Assembly (NCBI GenBank): GCA_965140445.1
Contig: OZ223236.1
Location: forward strand, 2,656,001 to 2,720,000
Direction: 5' to 3'
From: Candidatus Ozemobacteraceae bacterium
GTDB lineage: Bacteria > Muiribacteriota > Ozemobacteria > Ozemobacterales > Ozemobacteraceae
Length of the DNA stretch: 64,000 nucleotides
The position numbers and the translations under genes were made by a program. How positions within the stretch are numbered: the first letter of the stretch is position 1; each line of letters starts with the position of its first letter. Positions 36,226 to 46,913 of this stretch are shown here, one piece after another. The notes beneath the pieces are model-generated. The model had not been told where the DNA came from and did no database searches. It saw only the letters and a program-made list of their open reading frames with translations.

Positions 36226-37748
36226 GTGATTTCATAAAAAAATATTTAAATGTTATTAGAGTAACTGGTTTAATCGTTTTCTGGATTTCTTTATACAGCT
36301 TAGGCGTAGGGATTCAGGATTCAACTGCAATTGGCGCGGAAGCTGGTTCCGGTTTATTAGGAAAACTGGTGAAAACAGGGATTTTGGCTTTTGTTGCTGC
36401 CATGATTTTTCCTGCATTCTTATCAGCACTTGAGTCTTTTTACATGTTCTTTTCAAGCCCTATTTTTGCTAAAAGATGGAAGAAGTTTAAAAGCCTAAAG
36501 CGTGGTTACTACGCTTTTATAATTGTTATTGTGCTTTTCGGGCTTTCATTTTTCAGCGAATTTTTAATCAATAATAGAGCGATAATTGTGAAATACCAGG
36601 GTGAGTATCATTTTACTCTCAAGGGATTCATAAGTGCCCGAAAGTTTGGAATGAAGGGATACGGATTACCAAATTATCGTTTATTGAAGCAGGTATATGA
36701 AACGCGTAACAAAGAACGAAATGAACGAATTAAATCCAATACCGCAACTGAAGAAGACAAAAAGTATTCTTCATGGGGTGATGACTGGGTTTTATTGCCA
36801 CTTTATCCGTTTGGACCACTCGAGTCCTTACTTGATGAATTGCCTTGTCGACCACCACATCCTCCTGGATGGGCAACCAACCAGTGGCGAAAAGCTTTCT
36901 TCTATGAATCGTTGTATAAATTTCCTGAAGAAATTCCAACTAAAGAAGATTTGATAAATAAATACAAAAGACCGGACCTGGTTGGCAAGCCTCAGGTTGA
37001 AATGCTAAAAGACCTTGCACTATCAGGGGCATTTGAATTGAAAGACGGTGTTTCCTTCCCCAATAAATGGAACCACCTTCTTGGAACAGACGATCGAGGC
37101 CGTGATGTGTTTGCCCGAATGGTTTACGGGTTTAGAACTTCGGTATCATTTGCGCTTCTCGTTACATTGTTTTGTTACATGATTGGTATCGCAATCGGAG
37201 CATTACTTGGTTTCTACGGTGGCTTGTTCGATATTATCGTGCAGCGTGTTGTTGAAATCTGGTCAGCCATGCCGTTCCTTTATACGGTTATGATTTTTGC
37301 CGCAATAATGATTCCAAACTTCTGGATGTTGGTCGGAATACTTGTGCTCTTTAAATGGATGGGTATGACTTACTACATAAGAGGTGAGTTCTTACGCGAA
37401 AAATCAAAAGACTATGTTGCTGCTGCAAGAGCCATTGGTTGTACTGATGGGGCGATAATTTTCAAACATATTCTTCCTAATGCACTAACTCCGGTAATCT
37501 CATTTGCTCCTTTTGCTGTAGTTGCTAACATTGGAGCTTTGGTTTCACTGGATTTCCTTGGATTCGGACTTCCTGCGCCAACTCCATCATGGGGCGAACT
37601 TCTGGGGCAAGGGCTTAGCAATCTAACTAAGCCATGGCTGATTTTGTCTCCAACAACGGCAATGTTTCTGACTCTTCTTCTTGTATCGTTTATCGGTGAA
37701 GCTATTCGTGAAGCTTTTGACCCGAAACAATACTCAAGATTGAGATAA
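36222..37748 (+). CDS. ABC peptide permease (YejE/OppC-like)
   Basis: LGTDDRGRDVFAR, RGEFLRE, YVAAARAIG, LDFLGFGLP, FDP. Confidence 0.92.
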   Translation: MSDFIKKYLNVIRVTGLIVFWISLYSLGVGIQDSTAIGAEAGSGLLGKLVKTGILAFVAAMIFPAFLSALESFYMFFSSPIFAKRWKKFKSLKRGYYAFIIVIVLFGLSFFSEFLINNRAIIVKYQGEYHFTLKGFISARKFGMKGYGLPNYRLLKQVYETRNKERNERIKSNTATEEDKKYSSWGDDWVLLPLYPFGPLESLLDELPCRPPHPPGWATNQWRKAFFYESLYKFPEEIPTKEDLINKYKRPDLVGKPQVEMLKDLALSGAFELKDGVSFPNKWNHLLGTDDRGRDVFARMVYGFRTSVSFALLVTLFCYMIGIAIGALLGFYGGLFDIIVQRVVEIWSAMPFLYTVMIFAAIMIPNFWMLVGILVLFKWMGMTYYIRGEFLREKSKDYVAAARAIGCTDGAIIFKHILPNALTPVISFAPFAVVANIGALVSLDFLGFGLPAPTPSWGELLGQGLSNLTKPWLILSPTTAMFLTLLLVSFIGEAIREAFDPKQYSRLR

Positions 37749-37765
37749 TCGGAAGGAGAATCAAT

Positions 37766-38782
37766 ATGCAAAAAGAACTACTAAGAGTAGAAAACCTTAA
37801 AACTTACTTCCGAACTGAGGCTGGCGTAGCTAAAGCAGTCGATGGCGTAGACTTCACAATTTTCGAGAATGAGGTTCTTGGAATTGTTGGAGAATCTGGG
37901 TCAGGTAAATCAGTGACTTCTTTGTCGCTTATGCAGCTGATTCCTAATCCTCCAGGTGAGATTGTGGATGGAAAAATTTTCTTTAAGGGCACAGACTTAC
38001 TTGAAGCCTATAAAAAGAAAGACTACGACGCAATTAGAAAGATCAGGGGAAATGAGATTTCCATGATCTTTCAGGAGCCAATGACCAGCTTAAATCCTGT
38101 TTTTACAGTTGGCGATCAGATTGCTGAAGCTTTGATTTTGCATCAGGGTTTAAACAATGCTGAAGCTCTTGATAAAGCCGCTGAAATGCTGGATCTTGTC
38201 GGAATTCCTTCTGCAAGACAGAGGTTGTCAGAGTATCCGCATCAATTTTCGGGGGGAATGCGCCAAAGGGTTATGATTGCTATGGCCCTTGCTTGTAACC
38301 CATCGCTACTGATTGCCGATGAGCCTACAACCGCATTAGATGTAACTATTCAAGCTCAGATTCTTGAGTTGATGATCAACGTAAAAGAAAAAACAAAGAA
38401 TGCTGCGATTCTTCTTATTACTCATGATATGGCGGTAGTCGCTGAGACCTGCCAACGCGTTGTAGTAATGTATTGCGGAAAGATTCAGGAAATTGCAGAT
38501 GTTAAGACCATCTTCAATAATCCACAGCACCCTTATACTCAAGGTTTGCTAGCTTCATTGCCTAAACCAGGAGAAAAGGTTCATAGATTGAGCACTATTG
38601 AAGGAATGGTTCCATCGTTATTCAATTTGCCCAAAGGATGCAGTTTCTGCACAAGATGCCCAAAGAAGCTTGATAAGTGTGATACAGTGATGCCGGAAAT
38701 GGTTGAAGTTGCACCAGGACATACAGTTAGATGTCATCTTGTTAAACCGATGAAAAATGTAAGCGAAGGAGGGGAAGAATAA
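37766..38782 (+). CDS. oppD: Oligopeptide ABC ATPase (OppD/DppD-like)
   Basis: [39 protein letters not shown]-terminal Cys motif. Confidence 0.92.
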   Translation: MQKELLRVENLKTYFRTEAGVAKAVDGVDFTIFENEVLGIVGESGSGKSVTSLSLMQLIPNPPGEIVDGKIFFKGTDLLEAYKKKDYDAIRKIRGNEISMIFQEPMTSLNPVFTVGDQIAEALILHQGLNNAEALDKAAEMLDLVGIPSARQRLSEYPHQFSGGMRQRVMIAMALACNPSLLIADEPTTALDVTIQAQILELMINVKEKTKNAAILLITHDMAVVAETCQRVVVMYCGKIQEIADVKTIFNNPQHPYTQGLLASLPKPGEKVHRLSTIEGMVPSLFNLPKGCSFCTRCPKKLDKCDTVMPEMVEVAPGHTVRCHLVKPMKNVSEGGEE

Positions 38783-38783
38783 A

Positions 38784-39857
38784 ATGGCAAGAGAAATTAA
38801 AGAACAAAAAACCCTTCTTGAAGTAAATGATCTAAAAATGTATTTCCCTGTTCATGGAGGAGTTTTTAAGACAAAAGTTGCCGACGTTAAGGCTATTGAC
38901 GGTGTTTCCTTTAAGCTTAACGAAGGAGAAACATTGGGATTGGTTGGCGAGTCTGGTTGTGGAAAATCGACTACCGGAAAATGTCTTATAAACCTTTATA
39001 CGCCAACTGATGGGGAGATCTTGTTTCAAACCAACAAGCAGGATAAAATTCCTGAATTTGCTTTGGGCGGGAACCAAAAAGACAGGGTTGATGTTTCAAA
39101 ACTAAGCAACTCTCAGATGCGTCCATTTAGATCAGAAATTCAGATGATTTTTCAGGACCCATATTCATCTTTGAATCCTAGAATGACTGTTAGGGATATA
39201 ATTCGCGAGCCAATTTCAATTCATAATCCTGAAATTGCCCCTTCAGAAATGGACGAAAGAGTTGCGAGACTGATGGAAAAAGTTGGACTGTCAGCAGAGC
39301 AGGCAATGAGATTTCCCCATGAATTTTCTGGAGGACAGCGTCAGAGAATAGGTATTGCCAGAGCTCTGGCTACAAATCCTCGTCTGGTAATTGCTGATGA
39401 ACCGGTATCCGCTCTGGATGTTTCCATTCAGGCCCAGGTAATTAATCTGATGCAGGATTTACAGGAAGAATTTGGCTTAACCTACATATTTATTGCTCAT
39501 GATCTTGCTGTTGTGGAGCATATTTCAGATCGTATTGCCGTTATGTATCTTGGCAATATTGTTGAGATTGCAAAATCTGAAGAATTATTCAATGATGCCA
39601 GACATCCATATACCAGGGCTTTGCTTTCAGCAATTCCAAAACCAGATCCAAATGTAAAAAAGGAAAAACGCATCGTTCTTGAGGGTGATGTTCCAACTCC
39701 TTTGAACAAGCCGTCTGGTTGTGGATTTAGAACAAGATGCCCCATTGCGAAAGATGAGTGTGCAAAAGATAGACCAGAAATGCTTGAGGTTTCTCCAGGG
39801 CATTTTGTGGCCTGTCCATATTTCAAAGATTATGATAAGAAGCTAAAGTCTTCTTAA
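38784..39857 (+). CDS. oppF: Oligopeptide ABC ATPase (OppF/DppF-like)
   Basis: [39 protein letters not shown]. Confidence 0.92.
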   Translation: MAREIKEQKTLLEVNDLKMYFPVHGGVFKTKVADVKAIDGVSFKLNEGETLGLVGESGCGKSTTGKCLINLYTPTDGEILFQTNKQDKIPEFALGGNQKDRVDVSKLSNSQMRPFRSEIQMIFQDPYSSLNPRMTVRDIIREPISIHNPEIAPSEMDERVARLMEKVGLSAEQAMRFPHEFSGGQRQRIGIARALATNPRLVIADEPVSALDVSIQAQVINLMQDLQEEFGLTYIFIAHDLAVVEHISDRIAVMYLGNIVEIAKSEELFNDARHPYTRALLSAIPKPDPNVKKEKRIVLEGDVPTPLNKPSGCGFRTRCPIAKDECAKDRPEMLEVSPGHFVACPYFKDYDKKLKSS

Positions 39858-39882
39858 TGGAGCGATTGTCATTTTGATTAAC

Positions 39883-39921
39883 AAGGGAGCCACTCTTTGC
39901 GGAGTGGTTCCTTTATTTTTT
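39883..39921 (+). terminator. Intrinsic terminator after the ABC operon
   Basis: AAGGGAGCCACTCT-ttgc-GGAGTGGTTCCTTT followed by T run. Confidence 0.78.
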
Positions 39922-39955
39922 GCCAGACAAGGAATTTTTTAAGCGAGGGAGACGA

Positions 39956-40714
39956 ATGGATTTAAAAGTTTTTAATGCTGCAGATGGCAACCAATCTTTA
40001 AGGCCCCCAGTTATTGAATTTGATAAAGGGCGGGTAAAACTTTTTGATTGTTATTGTGCCCCTGATTTTAATTTCTCTGTTTTTTTTGAGGGCGCAAAAT
40101 TAACTGCCAAAGACTTTTTTGCAAAACTCGGTTTTGCTTTAAAAGACTCTGATTTACCTGAATTTCTGGAAGTTTTTTTCAGTAGAGAGGCTGCTCTTGA
40201 AAGGCTTTGTCCTTTATTTAAAGTTGAATCTTCAGCCTTTCCGGAAGCGTTTGGTGGAGTAGCATTTGAAAAAAATCTATTTCTGACCAGTGAAGGTTTA
40301 TATAGGGATAATTTTACCAGATTGTTTGGTTCAGAACTTTGGCACGAAGATGAATTTCTAAGGCTTGCTATTCATGAATTAATTCATGCGGGCCATGCGG
40401 TTATAGCAAAAAGGTTATATGGAACAGAAGACGGAATGGGGCCTGTCTGGTTTTTTGAGGGGCTTGCAGTAACTGGCTCCAACCAGTTTGTTTCAACTGA
40501 TGATTCAGCTATAACTTCCCAGCCGTTAACCGAACTTGAGATTCGAAATTTTGAAATCGCAGTTAATAATAGAACAATTGAAAAGCCAGTTTATCCAAAA
40601 TTTGGAGCATTTTACCGCAGATTGTTACAAAAAATTGATCAGAAATGGCTTATTGAAAATGCCGGAAAAGAAAACTTTCTTGAATTAGTCATTAAAAAGT
40701 ATATTGAAGAATAA
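39956..40714 (+). CDS. Putative gluzincin (HExxH...E) metallopeptidase-like protein
   Basis: HELIHAGH followed by WFFEGLA; likely ATG 39956. Confidence 0.65.
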   Translation: MDLKVFNAADGNQSLRPPVIEFDKGRVKLFDCYCAPDFNFSVFFEGAKLTAKDFFAKLGFALKDSDLPEFLEVFFSREAALERLCPLFKVESSAFPEAFGGVAFEKNLFLTSEGLYRDNFTRLFGSELWHEDEFLRLAIHELIHAGHAVIAKRLYGTEDGMGPVWFFEGLAVTGSNQFVSTDDSAITSQPLTELEIRNFEIAVNNRTIEKPVYPKFGAFYRRLLQKIDQKWLIENAGKENFLELVIKKYIEE

Positions 40715-40788
40715 AAGTAATTAAACCTGATTGTTCATTTTTACAGTTTGTTTGTTTATAATAACCAAAAGAGGAAGAGGAGTGAGGT

Positions 40789-41466
40789 TTGTTTTATCTA
40801 AAGTCGAAAGTGTTTTTCTTTTTTACGTTGTTTGCTTTTGTATGCACTATTGGCATTGCTGAAGAATTTCCAAAAGTGGTTGAGGAAAATGAATACTTTC
40901 TTGTGATACCCTCAGCTTCACAGGAAAATACGCCATGCCCTCTTCTGGTTGCTTTTTCACCTTCAGGAAATGGGCGAGGCCTGGTTAAGAACTGGAAAAA
41001 CATTGTTGAAAAAAATGGCTGTTTTCTATTCGCCTCAAAAATTGTTAAGAATGGTATGGATATTCCTTTATATCTCAAAAGAATTAAAAAGCTTATTAAA
41101 ACCAGATTAGCAGAAAAATACAGGATTCAAACTGACAGTATAATTGCTACCGGGGTTTCAGGCGGAGGAATGGCTTCTCATTTGTTTTGTTTCTTTCATC
41201 CAGACATGGTTGCCGGGGTAATATCGACGGTTGGTTACATACATGAGAATAGTCTCAAGAAAAAAGAACAATATCCAAGAGACAAAGTTTGTGTATTTCT
41301 AACCGGGCCAAAAGATTTCAATTATAAGTTAATGAAGGAAGACAAAAAATTCCTTGATAGTCTTAATTGGACAACCAAATGGGAAGAGTTTGCTGGCGGC
41401 CACCGACAAGCTCCTGATGAGCTACTTGATGAAGCCTTAAAGTGGGTTATTGAAAACAAAAAGTAG
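40789..41466 (+). CDS. Exported alpha/beta hydrolase (esterase-like)
   Basis: Signal peptide, GVSGGG, GPKD, GGH. Confidence 0.8.
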   Translation: MFYLKSKVFFFFTLFAFVCTIGIAEEFPKVVEENEYFLVIPSASQENTPCPLLVAFSPSGNGRGLVKNWKNIVEKNGCFLFASKIVKNGMDIPLYLKRIKKLIKTRLAEKYRIQTDSIIATGVSGGGMASHLFCFFHPDMVAGVISTVGYIHENSLKKKEQYPRDKVCVFLTGPKDFNYKLMKEDKKFLDSLNWTTKWEEFAGGHRQAPDELLDEALKWVIENKK

Positions 41467-41476
41467 AAAAAGGGAT

Positions 41477-43693
41477 ATGACAGAAAAACTAAGTTTGCAT
41501 CAAGAAGGGGTTATCCCGGAAAAAATACCAACCGTATTGATTGGGAATATAAGGGTTCAGATTTTATCAAGCTATCTGGTTCGCTTGGAAGTTTGTGATA
41601 CTCTTGGTTTTGAAGATAATCCCAGTTTTAATATTCCTAATAGAAAGGCTATTGGTCCTTCAAAATTTTCTATAAACATTAAGTCAGGAAACATTTATAT
41701 AACAACTGGGAAAGTGGAGTTTGAAATTCCAGTTATGTCCAAGGATTTATCTGGAGTCAGGGCTAGATATAAATCTGAAATTTCATGGAAAAAAGTCCGG
41801 GATGTTGCTCGGAATATTCACGATTTGCCAGAGCCAGTTAATCTGCCTTATTTGTGGGCTTTGAGAGATTTTCCTCGTCTTATTCCACCAGAATGGGGGG
41901 CAACTGCTCCACCAGATAGTTTCGATTATGATTTTCTTTCAGGATGGGGAGTTAGTGACACAATAAATGATATTTTTGTATTTTTTCCAAAAGCTTCTGG
42001 ATATAAGGCATTTTTAAAGGACTTTATTGGTTTAACAGGTAGAATCCCCATGATTCCAATGGCAGCATTGGGATTTATTTACAGTAGATATCATCCTTAT
42101 TCCGATCAACAGATTCACGAGTTAATCGAAAAATTCAAAATTCGTAAAATTCCAGTCGACACATTTGTTGTGGATACCGATTGGAGGGTGGGGGCATCCC
42201 ATGGATACGAAATAAATGAAGAGCTGTTTCCAGATATGGAAGCATTCATAAGCCGTTGCCACATGCAAGGCGTAAAGCTTATGTTTAATGATCATCCAGA
42301 GCCGGTAGATGAACCCCTTTCTCCAGAAGAATTAAAATACAGAGAAGAAGGGCTTGGAAAACTTTTTAAGCTGGGACTGGATTATTGGTGGTTTGATCGA
42401 AATTGGAAAAAGACCTTGGGAGAGCCAGCTCCTGGAATAAAAAAAGAAATATGGGGAATGAGGCTCTATACGGACATGCATAGTAAGCTTTGTCCAATGG
42501 AACGCCCAATGATAATGTCCAATCCACCCAATTTCAATAATGGGGTCAGGGATGGTGCGGCCGGGGCGGTTGCCCATAGATACCCAATCTGGTGGACTGG
42601 TGATACCAAAGCAGAATGGGAATATTTAAAAGCTGGAATTGAAAACGCCGTAAATGAAGGAATCCTTTCGCTTATTCCTTATTTGAGCGAAGATCTTGGC
42701 GGCCATTTTGGAAAACCCTCCCCGGAATTACTAATTCGGTTCGCTCAATTTGGAGCTTTGTCTCCTGTTTTTAGATTGCATTGCACAGCCGGGGAATGTC
42801 GAGACCCATGGGAATATGGACTGGAAGCGGAAAGAGTTGTTACAAACTTCATTCAGTTAAGAATAAAGTTACTCCCAATGCTTTATTCGGCCATGAGGGA
42901 AACCTTTGAAACGGGCTTGCCTCTTTTAAAGCGTTGTGACATTGAGTTCCCGGAATTTGCTGAAAGTTCCTGGCCAATGCAATATATGCTTGGAAACGAT
43001 TTGCTTGTTGCACCAGCTTTTACTCCCGGCGTTTATGTTAAAGGTCAACCGGAAATATGCTCAGAAAGGCTATTGTGGCTTCCTCCAGGAACCTGGCATG
43101 ATTTATGGACTGGGATTACGGTTCAAGGGCCAAAGACGGTTGAGTTAAAAGTTCCTACCTGGAAAATGCCTATTTATGCAAGAAATGGTGGAATCATTAT
43201 TTCTCAACCAGAAATAGTTTCCTCTTCTAAGCAACTTTGGGTGAGTTTGAATGCAGATATTTTTGTGCCAAAGGGAAACACTGAATCTAAGAGATATTTA
43301 TATGAAGATGACAAAGAAACAAATTCATATCTTGATGATATCTTTCGCAAAACAGAGTTAACTGTGGCAAGAGAATCGGATTTTGTTGAGTTTGCTATCA
43401 ATCCAGCTCAAGGCAAATTTGAAGATAGAATATCGAGTCGAAACTGGAACTTACGATTTCATTTTCCCCGGGGAACCAGGTTAGTTTCGGTTGTTATAAA
43501 TGACAGCATGGTGTTGCCGGGTTCATATCAGCTTATCAATAACTCTGAAAGGCCGATTTTCATGCCCATGATAAGCAGGCAGGGGGTTGCAGCTCCTGAT
43601 AGTGCTGATACTGTAGAATTGAATCTTAATGATATAGACATTTGTTCAGAATTGAGGATTAGATTGCAAGTGCTTGAAGAAAGCCTTGTTTAA
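41477..43693 (+). CDS. Glycoside hydrolase family 31
   Basis: LTGRIP, VVDTDW, FPD, WWFD nucleophile, WTGD acid/base, DLGG, RLH, LLVAP; likely ATG 41477. Confidence 0.9.
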   Translation: MTEKLSLHQEGVIPEKIPTVLIGNIRVQILSSYLVRLEVCDTLGFEDNPSFNIPNRKAIGPSKFSINIKSGNIYITTGKVEFEIPVMSKDLSGVRARYKSEISWKKVRDVARNIHDLPEPVNLPYLWALRDFPRLIPPEWGATAPPDSFDYDFLSGWGVSDTINDIFVFFPKASGYKAFLKDFIGLTGRIPMIPMAALGFIYSRYHPYSDQQIHELIEKFKIRKIPVDTFVVDTDWRVGASHGYEINEELFPDMEAFISRCHMQGVKLMFNDHPEPVDEPLSPEELKYREEGLGKLFKLGLDYWWFDRNWKKTLGEPAPGIKKEIWGMRLYTDMHSKLCPMERPMIMSNPPNFNNGVRDGAAGAVAHRYPIWWTGDTKAEWEYLKAGIENAVNEGILSLIPYLSEDLGGHFGKPSPELLIRFAQFGALSPVFRLHCTAGECRDPWEYGLEAERVVTNFIQLRIKLLPMLYSAMRETFETGLPLLKRCDIEFPEFAESSWPMQYMLGNDLLVAPAFTPGVYVKGQPEICSERLLWLPPGTWHDLWTGITVQGPKTVELKVPTWKMPIYARNGGIIISQPEIVSSSKQLWVSLNADIFVPKGNTESKRYLYEDDKETNSYLDDIFRKTELTVARESDFVEFAINPAQGKFEDRISSRNWNLRFHFPRGTRLVSVVINDSMVLPGSYQLINNSERPIFMPMISRQGVAAPDSADTVELNLNDIDICSELRIRLQVLEESLV

Positions 43694-43738
43694 AAAAGGT
43701 TTTACCTCCTGAACTAACGTCGTTTTTTACTAATCAAA

Positions 43739-44926
43739 TCAGTTTTCAGATGCGGCTTTTTCCGCTCCGTACCCTTCCCAGGTCTTTTTTAACATGTCTT
43801 TAACCTGAGCAATTGCTTCTTCTGGAGTTTCAAACTTGCCTTTGGCATATTTTTGAAGATATGGAAGGTAATTGAAAAATGGAATTCTTTCAACTTCCAT
43901 ATTCAGGAAGCCGTTTGCACAAATAATGGCCTGCAGGATATTTTCCTTTTCTTCAGGAAGTGAGTGATGTGCGGAGACCACTCTGGTTACATATTCAGGG
44001 AGTTTCCAGTGCTGGCAAAGTGCAACGCCAAGTTCACAATGATCAATCCCAAAAATTTCCCGTTCGGCGGCCACTGAATCCATGCTTTTTTCAGAGATAA
44101 GTTTTGCAACAATCTCATATTTCTCATGAAAGGCATATTGCAATGCCAGTGAGCCAATGTCGTGGAGAAGGGCTGCAACGCGGATTTTACCAACGGTAAT
44201 TGGATCTCCTGTGACTCGCTCTGCAAGCTTTACTGCAAGGAATGCACAGGCATCAGAATGTGCGAGTTTCTTTTCCTGTTGCGAAAAGTATTTTGTGGCA
44301 AGATTGTTAAAGATCATTTGCATCAAAACTTGCTTGATGCCTTCCATACCCAGGTAAGCAAGCGCATGTCCAATGTTTTCAACCCGGTTTCTGCGCATAA
44401 AAAATGAAGAGTTTGCTGTCTGGAGAATTCTTGCAACAAGGAGAGGCTCACTGATAATCTGCTCCTCAATTTGTTTGAATTCAACATCAGGAGTGCCAAT
44501 CTCATTTAAAAGGTTCAAGGCAGAGCTTTTAAATGGGGTTACATCAGAAAACTCTTTTAAAACTTCTTCGATTATCAAAAGTTTTTTGACTTCTGTGACA
44601 GCTTTTACAGGGTCTTTTGCTATTTCAAAATCATGTTGGAATTGAATCTGAGATTCATTTTCGCAACATATTATTAGATTAATTTTTTCAAGAATGCTTT
44701 TTATCTCATTACTACATGATTCGCCAAGTGAAAAATACGGGGGAATTGTTAAAACAATATTGGGATATTTTCTGGATAAAAGAGAAACCGCACCCAGTAT
44801 TTTTTCAGGTGAACAGTCATCGCCTTCAACCACTACTAATTCTATTAGCTTGCTTGCGTGCTCTACTGCTATGAAAGGCAGCGTTGATGGTTTTTGTATC
44901 ATTATATATGGGGCCTTTCTAACCAA
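43739..44926 (-). CDS. HDOD domain protein
   Basis: EPLLVARILQTANS, ALAYLG, ALLHDIG, EREIFGIDH, WKLP. Confidence 0.88.
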   Translation of the reverse strand: MVRKAPYIMIQKPSTLPFIAVEHASKLIELVVVEGDDCSPEKILGAVSLLSRKYPNIVLTIPPYFSLGESCSNEIKSILEKINLIICCENESQIQFQHDFEIAKDPVKAVTEVKKLLIIEEVLKEFSDVTPFKSSALNLLNEIGTPDVEFKQIEEQIISEPLLVARILQTANSSFFMRRNRVENIGHALAYLGMEGIKQVLMQMIFNNLATKYFSQQEKKLAHSDACAFLAVKLAERVTGDPITVGKIRVAALLHDIGSLALQYAFHEKYEIVAKLISEKSMDSVAAEREIFGIDHCELGVALCQHWKLPEYVTRVVSAHHSLPEEKENILQAIICANGFLNMEVERIPFFNYLPYLQKYAKGKFETPEEAIAQVKDMLKKTWEGYGAEKAASEN

Positions 44927-45049
44927 CTTTAACTTATTATAATTTACTTTTTGCTGATATTAAAGTTCTGAAGTAATTTCTTTCAGAAATTTCCCATATT
45001 GATTTTTAAAGCTGACAAGGCTTAAGAATTTCTGATAAGTTAAAAATGT

Positions 45050-46036
45050 ATGATACGACAAAAAATTTGGAATTTTTTCTTTAATAGAATTGGTATTTTG
45101 CTACTTTTTGTCAGCTTTATGTTGGCTTTTTCACCTCTTAAAGCTGAACCACAGAAGGTGGAGCTGGGCCTTTATATTCTTGATATTGCAAAAATGGATG
45201 TCAAGGAGAGCGAGTTTTTTGCAGATTTCTACGTCTGGTATAAAGTTCCTTTAAATGCAACCTGGACACCAGAAAACATTGAATTCATGAATGGAACCAT
45301 TGAAAAAGCAACTCCACCCACTCCTTCAGCCAATCATACCGGGAAAAAATACTGGATTCAAAGAATCAAAGGAAGATTTAGAGGGCATTTTCGTCTCCAT
45401 TCCTATCCTTTTGACGAGCAGATTTTGCCAATAGTTATAGAAGATTCGGAGTTGAACACCAGTGATCTTACTTTTTCTGCAGATTCTGACATATCATCAG
45501 ACGCGTTAAACTGGCTTGAGCCAGAGTTGCAGGTTCCTGACTGGAAAAAGGCGGGGGCAAGCTTTGCGGTTGATATTCATCAATATAAAACAGATTTTGG
45601 CCTGGGAACCAAAGCCGAGTCAAAATATTCAAGATTTACTTTTAAAACTAAGTTAAACCGTTTGTTCTTGCCCCATTTGATAAAGTTTATTCTTCCGTTG
45701 GTCATAATCGCTGGCATGGCATATTTAGTATTTTTCATTAACGCTTCCGAATTTGAAGCCCAGTGCGGGATTTGTGTAACAGCGTTGTTGTCGGCGGTGG
45801 CTTTGCATATTGCTCAGGCTGACGCTCTTCCTGCGGTTGGCTATCTTGTCATGTCAGATAAGATATTTATTCTTTTTTATGTGGTGATTTTCTCTGCGCT
45901 AGTTCAGACTGTTGTAGTAAATAACTATGCTAAAACCGGAAACTTACAATTCGCAATAAAGATGGATTCAGCCTTCCGCGTCTGGTATGTGGTAACGCTC
46001 ATATTGGGCATTTTCTTGATTTTTCTATCAACTTGA
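45050..46036 (+). CDS. Prokaryotic pentameric ligand-gated ion channel (GLIC/ELIC-like)
   Basis: Signal peptide, beta-rich ectodomain (FFADFYVW, WTPENIEFMN), YPFDEQ Pro-loop, four TM helices, LPAVGYL M2-M3 loop. Confidence 0.85.
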   Translation: MIRQKIWNFFFNRIGILLLFVSFMLAFSPLKAEPQKVELGLYILDIAKMDVKESEFFADFYVWYKVPLNATWTPENIEFMNGTIEKATPPTPSANHTGKKYWIQRIKGRFRGHFRLHSYPFDEQILPIVIEDSELNTSDLTFSADSDISSDALNWLEPELQVPDWKKAGASFAVDIHQYKTDFGLGTKAESKYSRFTFKTKLNRLFLPHLIKFILPLVIIAGMAYLVFFINASEFEAQCGICVTALLSAVALHIAQADALPAVGYLVMSDKIFILFYVVIFSALVQTVVVNNYAKTGNLQFAIKMDSAFRVWYVVTLILGIFLIFLST

Positions 46037-46045
46037 GGAGATAAA

Positions 46046-46864
46046 ATGAAACCCGTAATTGATGTTCCAACTCCACTTATTCAACCTGCTTTGATGGGTA
46101 TGGTCCACGTAAAAGCCCTGCCAGGAACTCCCTTTAATGAATACTCCATAGATAAAATCTGTGAAGATGCGGTTAAAGAGGCTGAGATTTATCGAATTGC
46201 GGGGTTTGATGGAATCCTGATTGAAAATATGCATGATCGCCCCTACCTCAAGGGGAAGGTGGGCCCGGAAGTTGTCGCTGGAATGACGCGGGTTGCCTCT
46301 GAGATTCGTCGCAAAGTTGGCAAAAAATTTCCTGTTGGGATTCAGATCCTTGCCGCAGCTAATATTGAAGCCCTTGCAGTCGCTCACCTTGCTGGATTAG
46401 ACATGATCCGCGCAGAAGGCTGTGTTTTTGCGCATGTGGCTGATGAAGGGATTATTGAAGCTTCCGCTGGCGAATTGCTTCGGGAGAGACGTAGACTTGG
46501 AGCCGAAAGAATCAGGATCTGGACTGATATTCAGAAAAAGCATTCTGCTCACAGTATAACCAGCGATCTTGGACTTGAAGACTGGATTCATGGCGCTGAA
46601 TTTTTTGGAATGGATGGAGTTATTGTAACTGGTAGTTCCACAGGTAAATCAGCCGACATAGAGCAGGTTAAGCAGGCCAAAAAAATTAGTCGGATTCCGG
46701 TAATCGTAGGCTCGGGAATTACACCTGAGAATGCACATGATTACAAAGCCGCAGATATCTGGATTATAGGATCAAGCATGAAATACGATGGATATTGGGA
46801 AAACCCGATTGATCCTGAACGTTGTAAAGCAATGGTGGCTGCCAGAGATAAAGCAATAAAATAG
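46046..46864 (+). CDS. BtpA/SgcQ family TIM-barrel protein
   Basis: GMVHVKALPGTP, IENMHDRPY, DIQKKHS, VTGSSTG, GSGITPEN. Confidence 0.92.
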   Translation: MKPVIDVPTPLIQPALMGMVHVKALPGTPFNEYSIDKICEDAVKEAEIYRIAGFDGILIENMHDRPYLKGKVGPEVVAGMTRVASEIRRKVGKKFPVGIQILAAANIEALAVAHLAGLDMIRAEGCVFAHVADEGIIEASAGELLRERRRLGAERIRIWTDIQKKHSAHSITSDLGLEDWIHGAEFFGMDGVIVTGSSTGKSADIEQVKQAKKISRIPVIVGSGITPENAHDYKAADIWIIGSSMKYDGYWENPIDPERCKAMVAARDKAIK

Positions 46865-46869
46865 GTAAG

Positions 46870-46913
46870 AAAAAAATCCCCTGAATCTGAATGATTCTGG
46901 GGATTTTTATTTT
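46870..46913. terminator. Bidirectional terminator between btpA-like and mscS
   Basis: AAAAATCCCCTGAATC-tgaat-GATTCTGGGGATTTTT. Confidence 0.75.
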
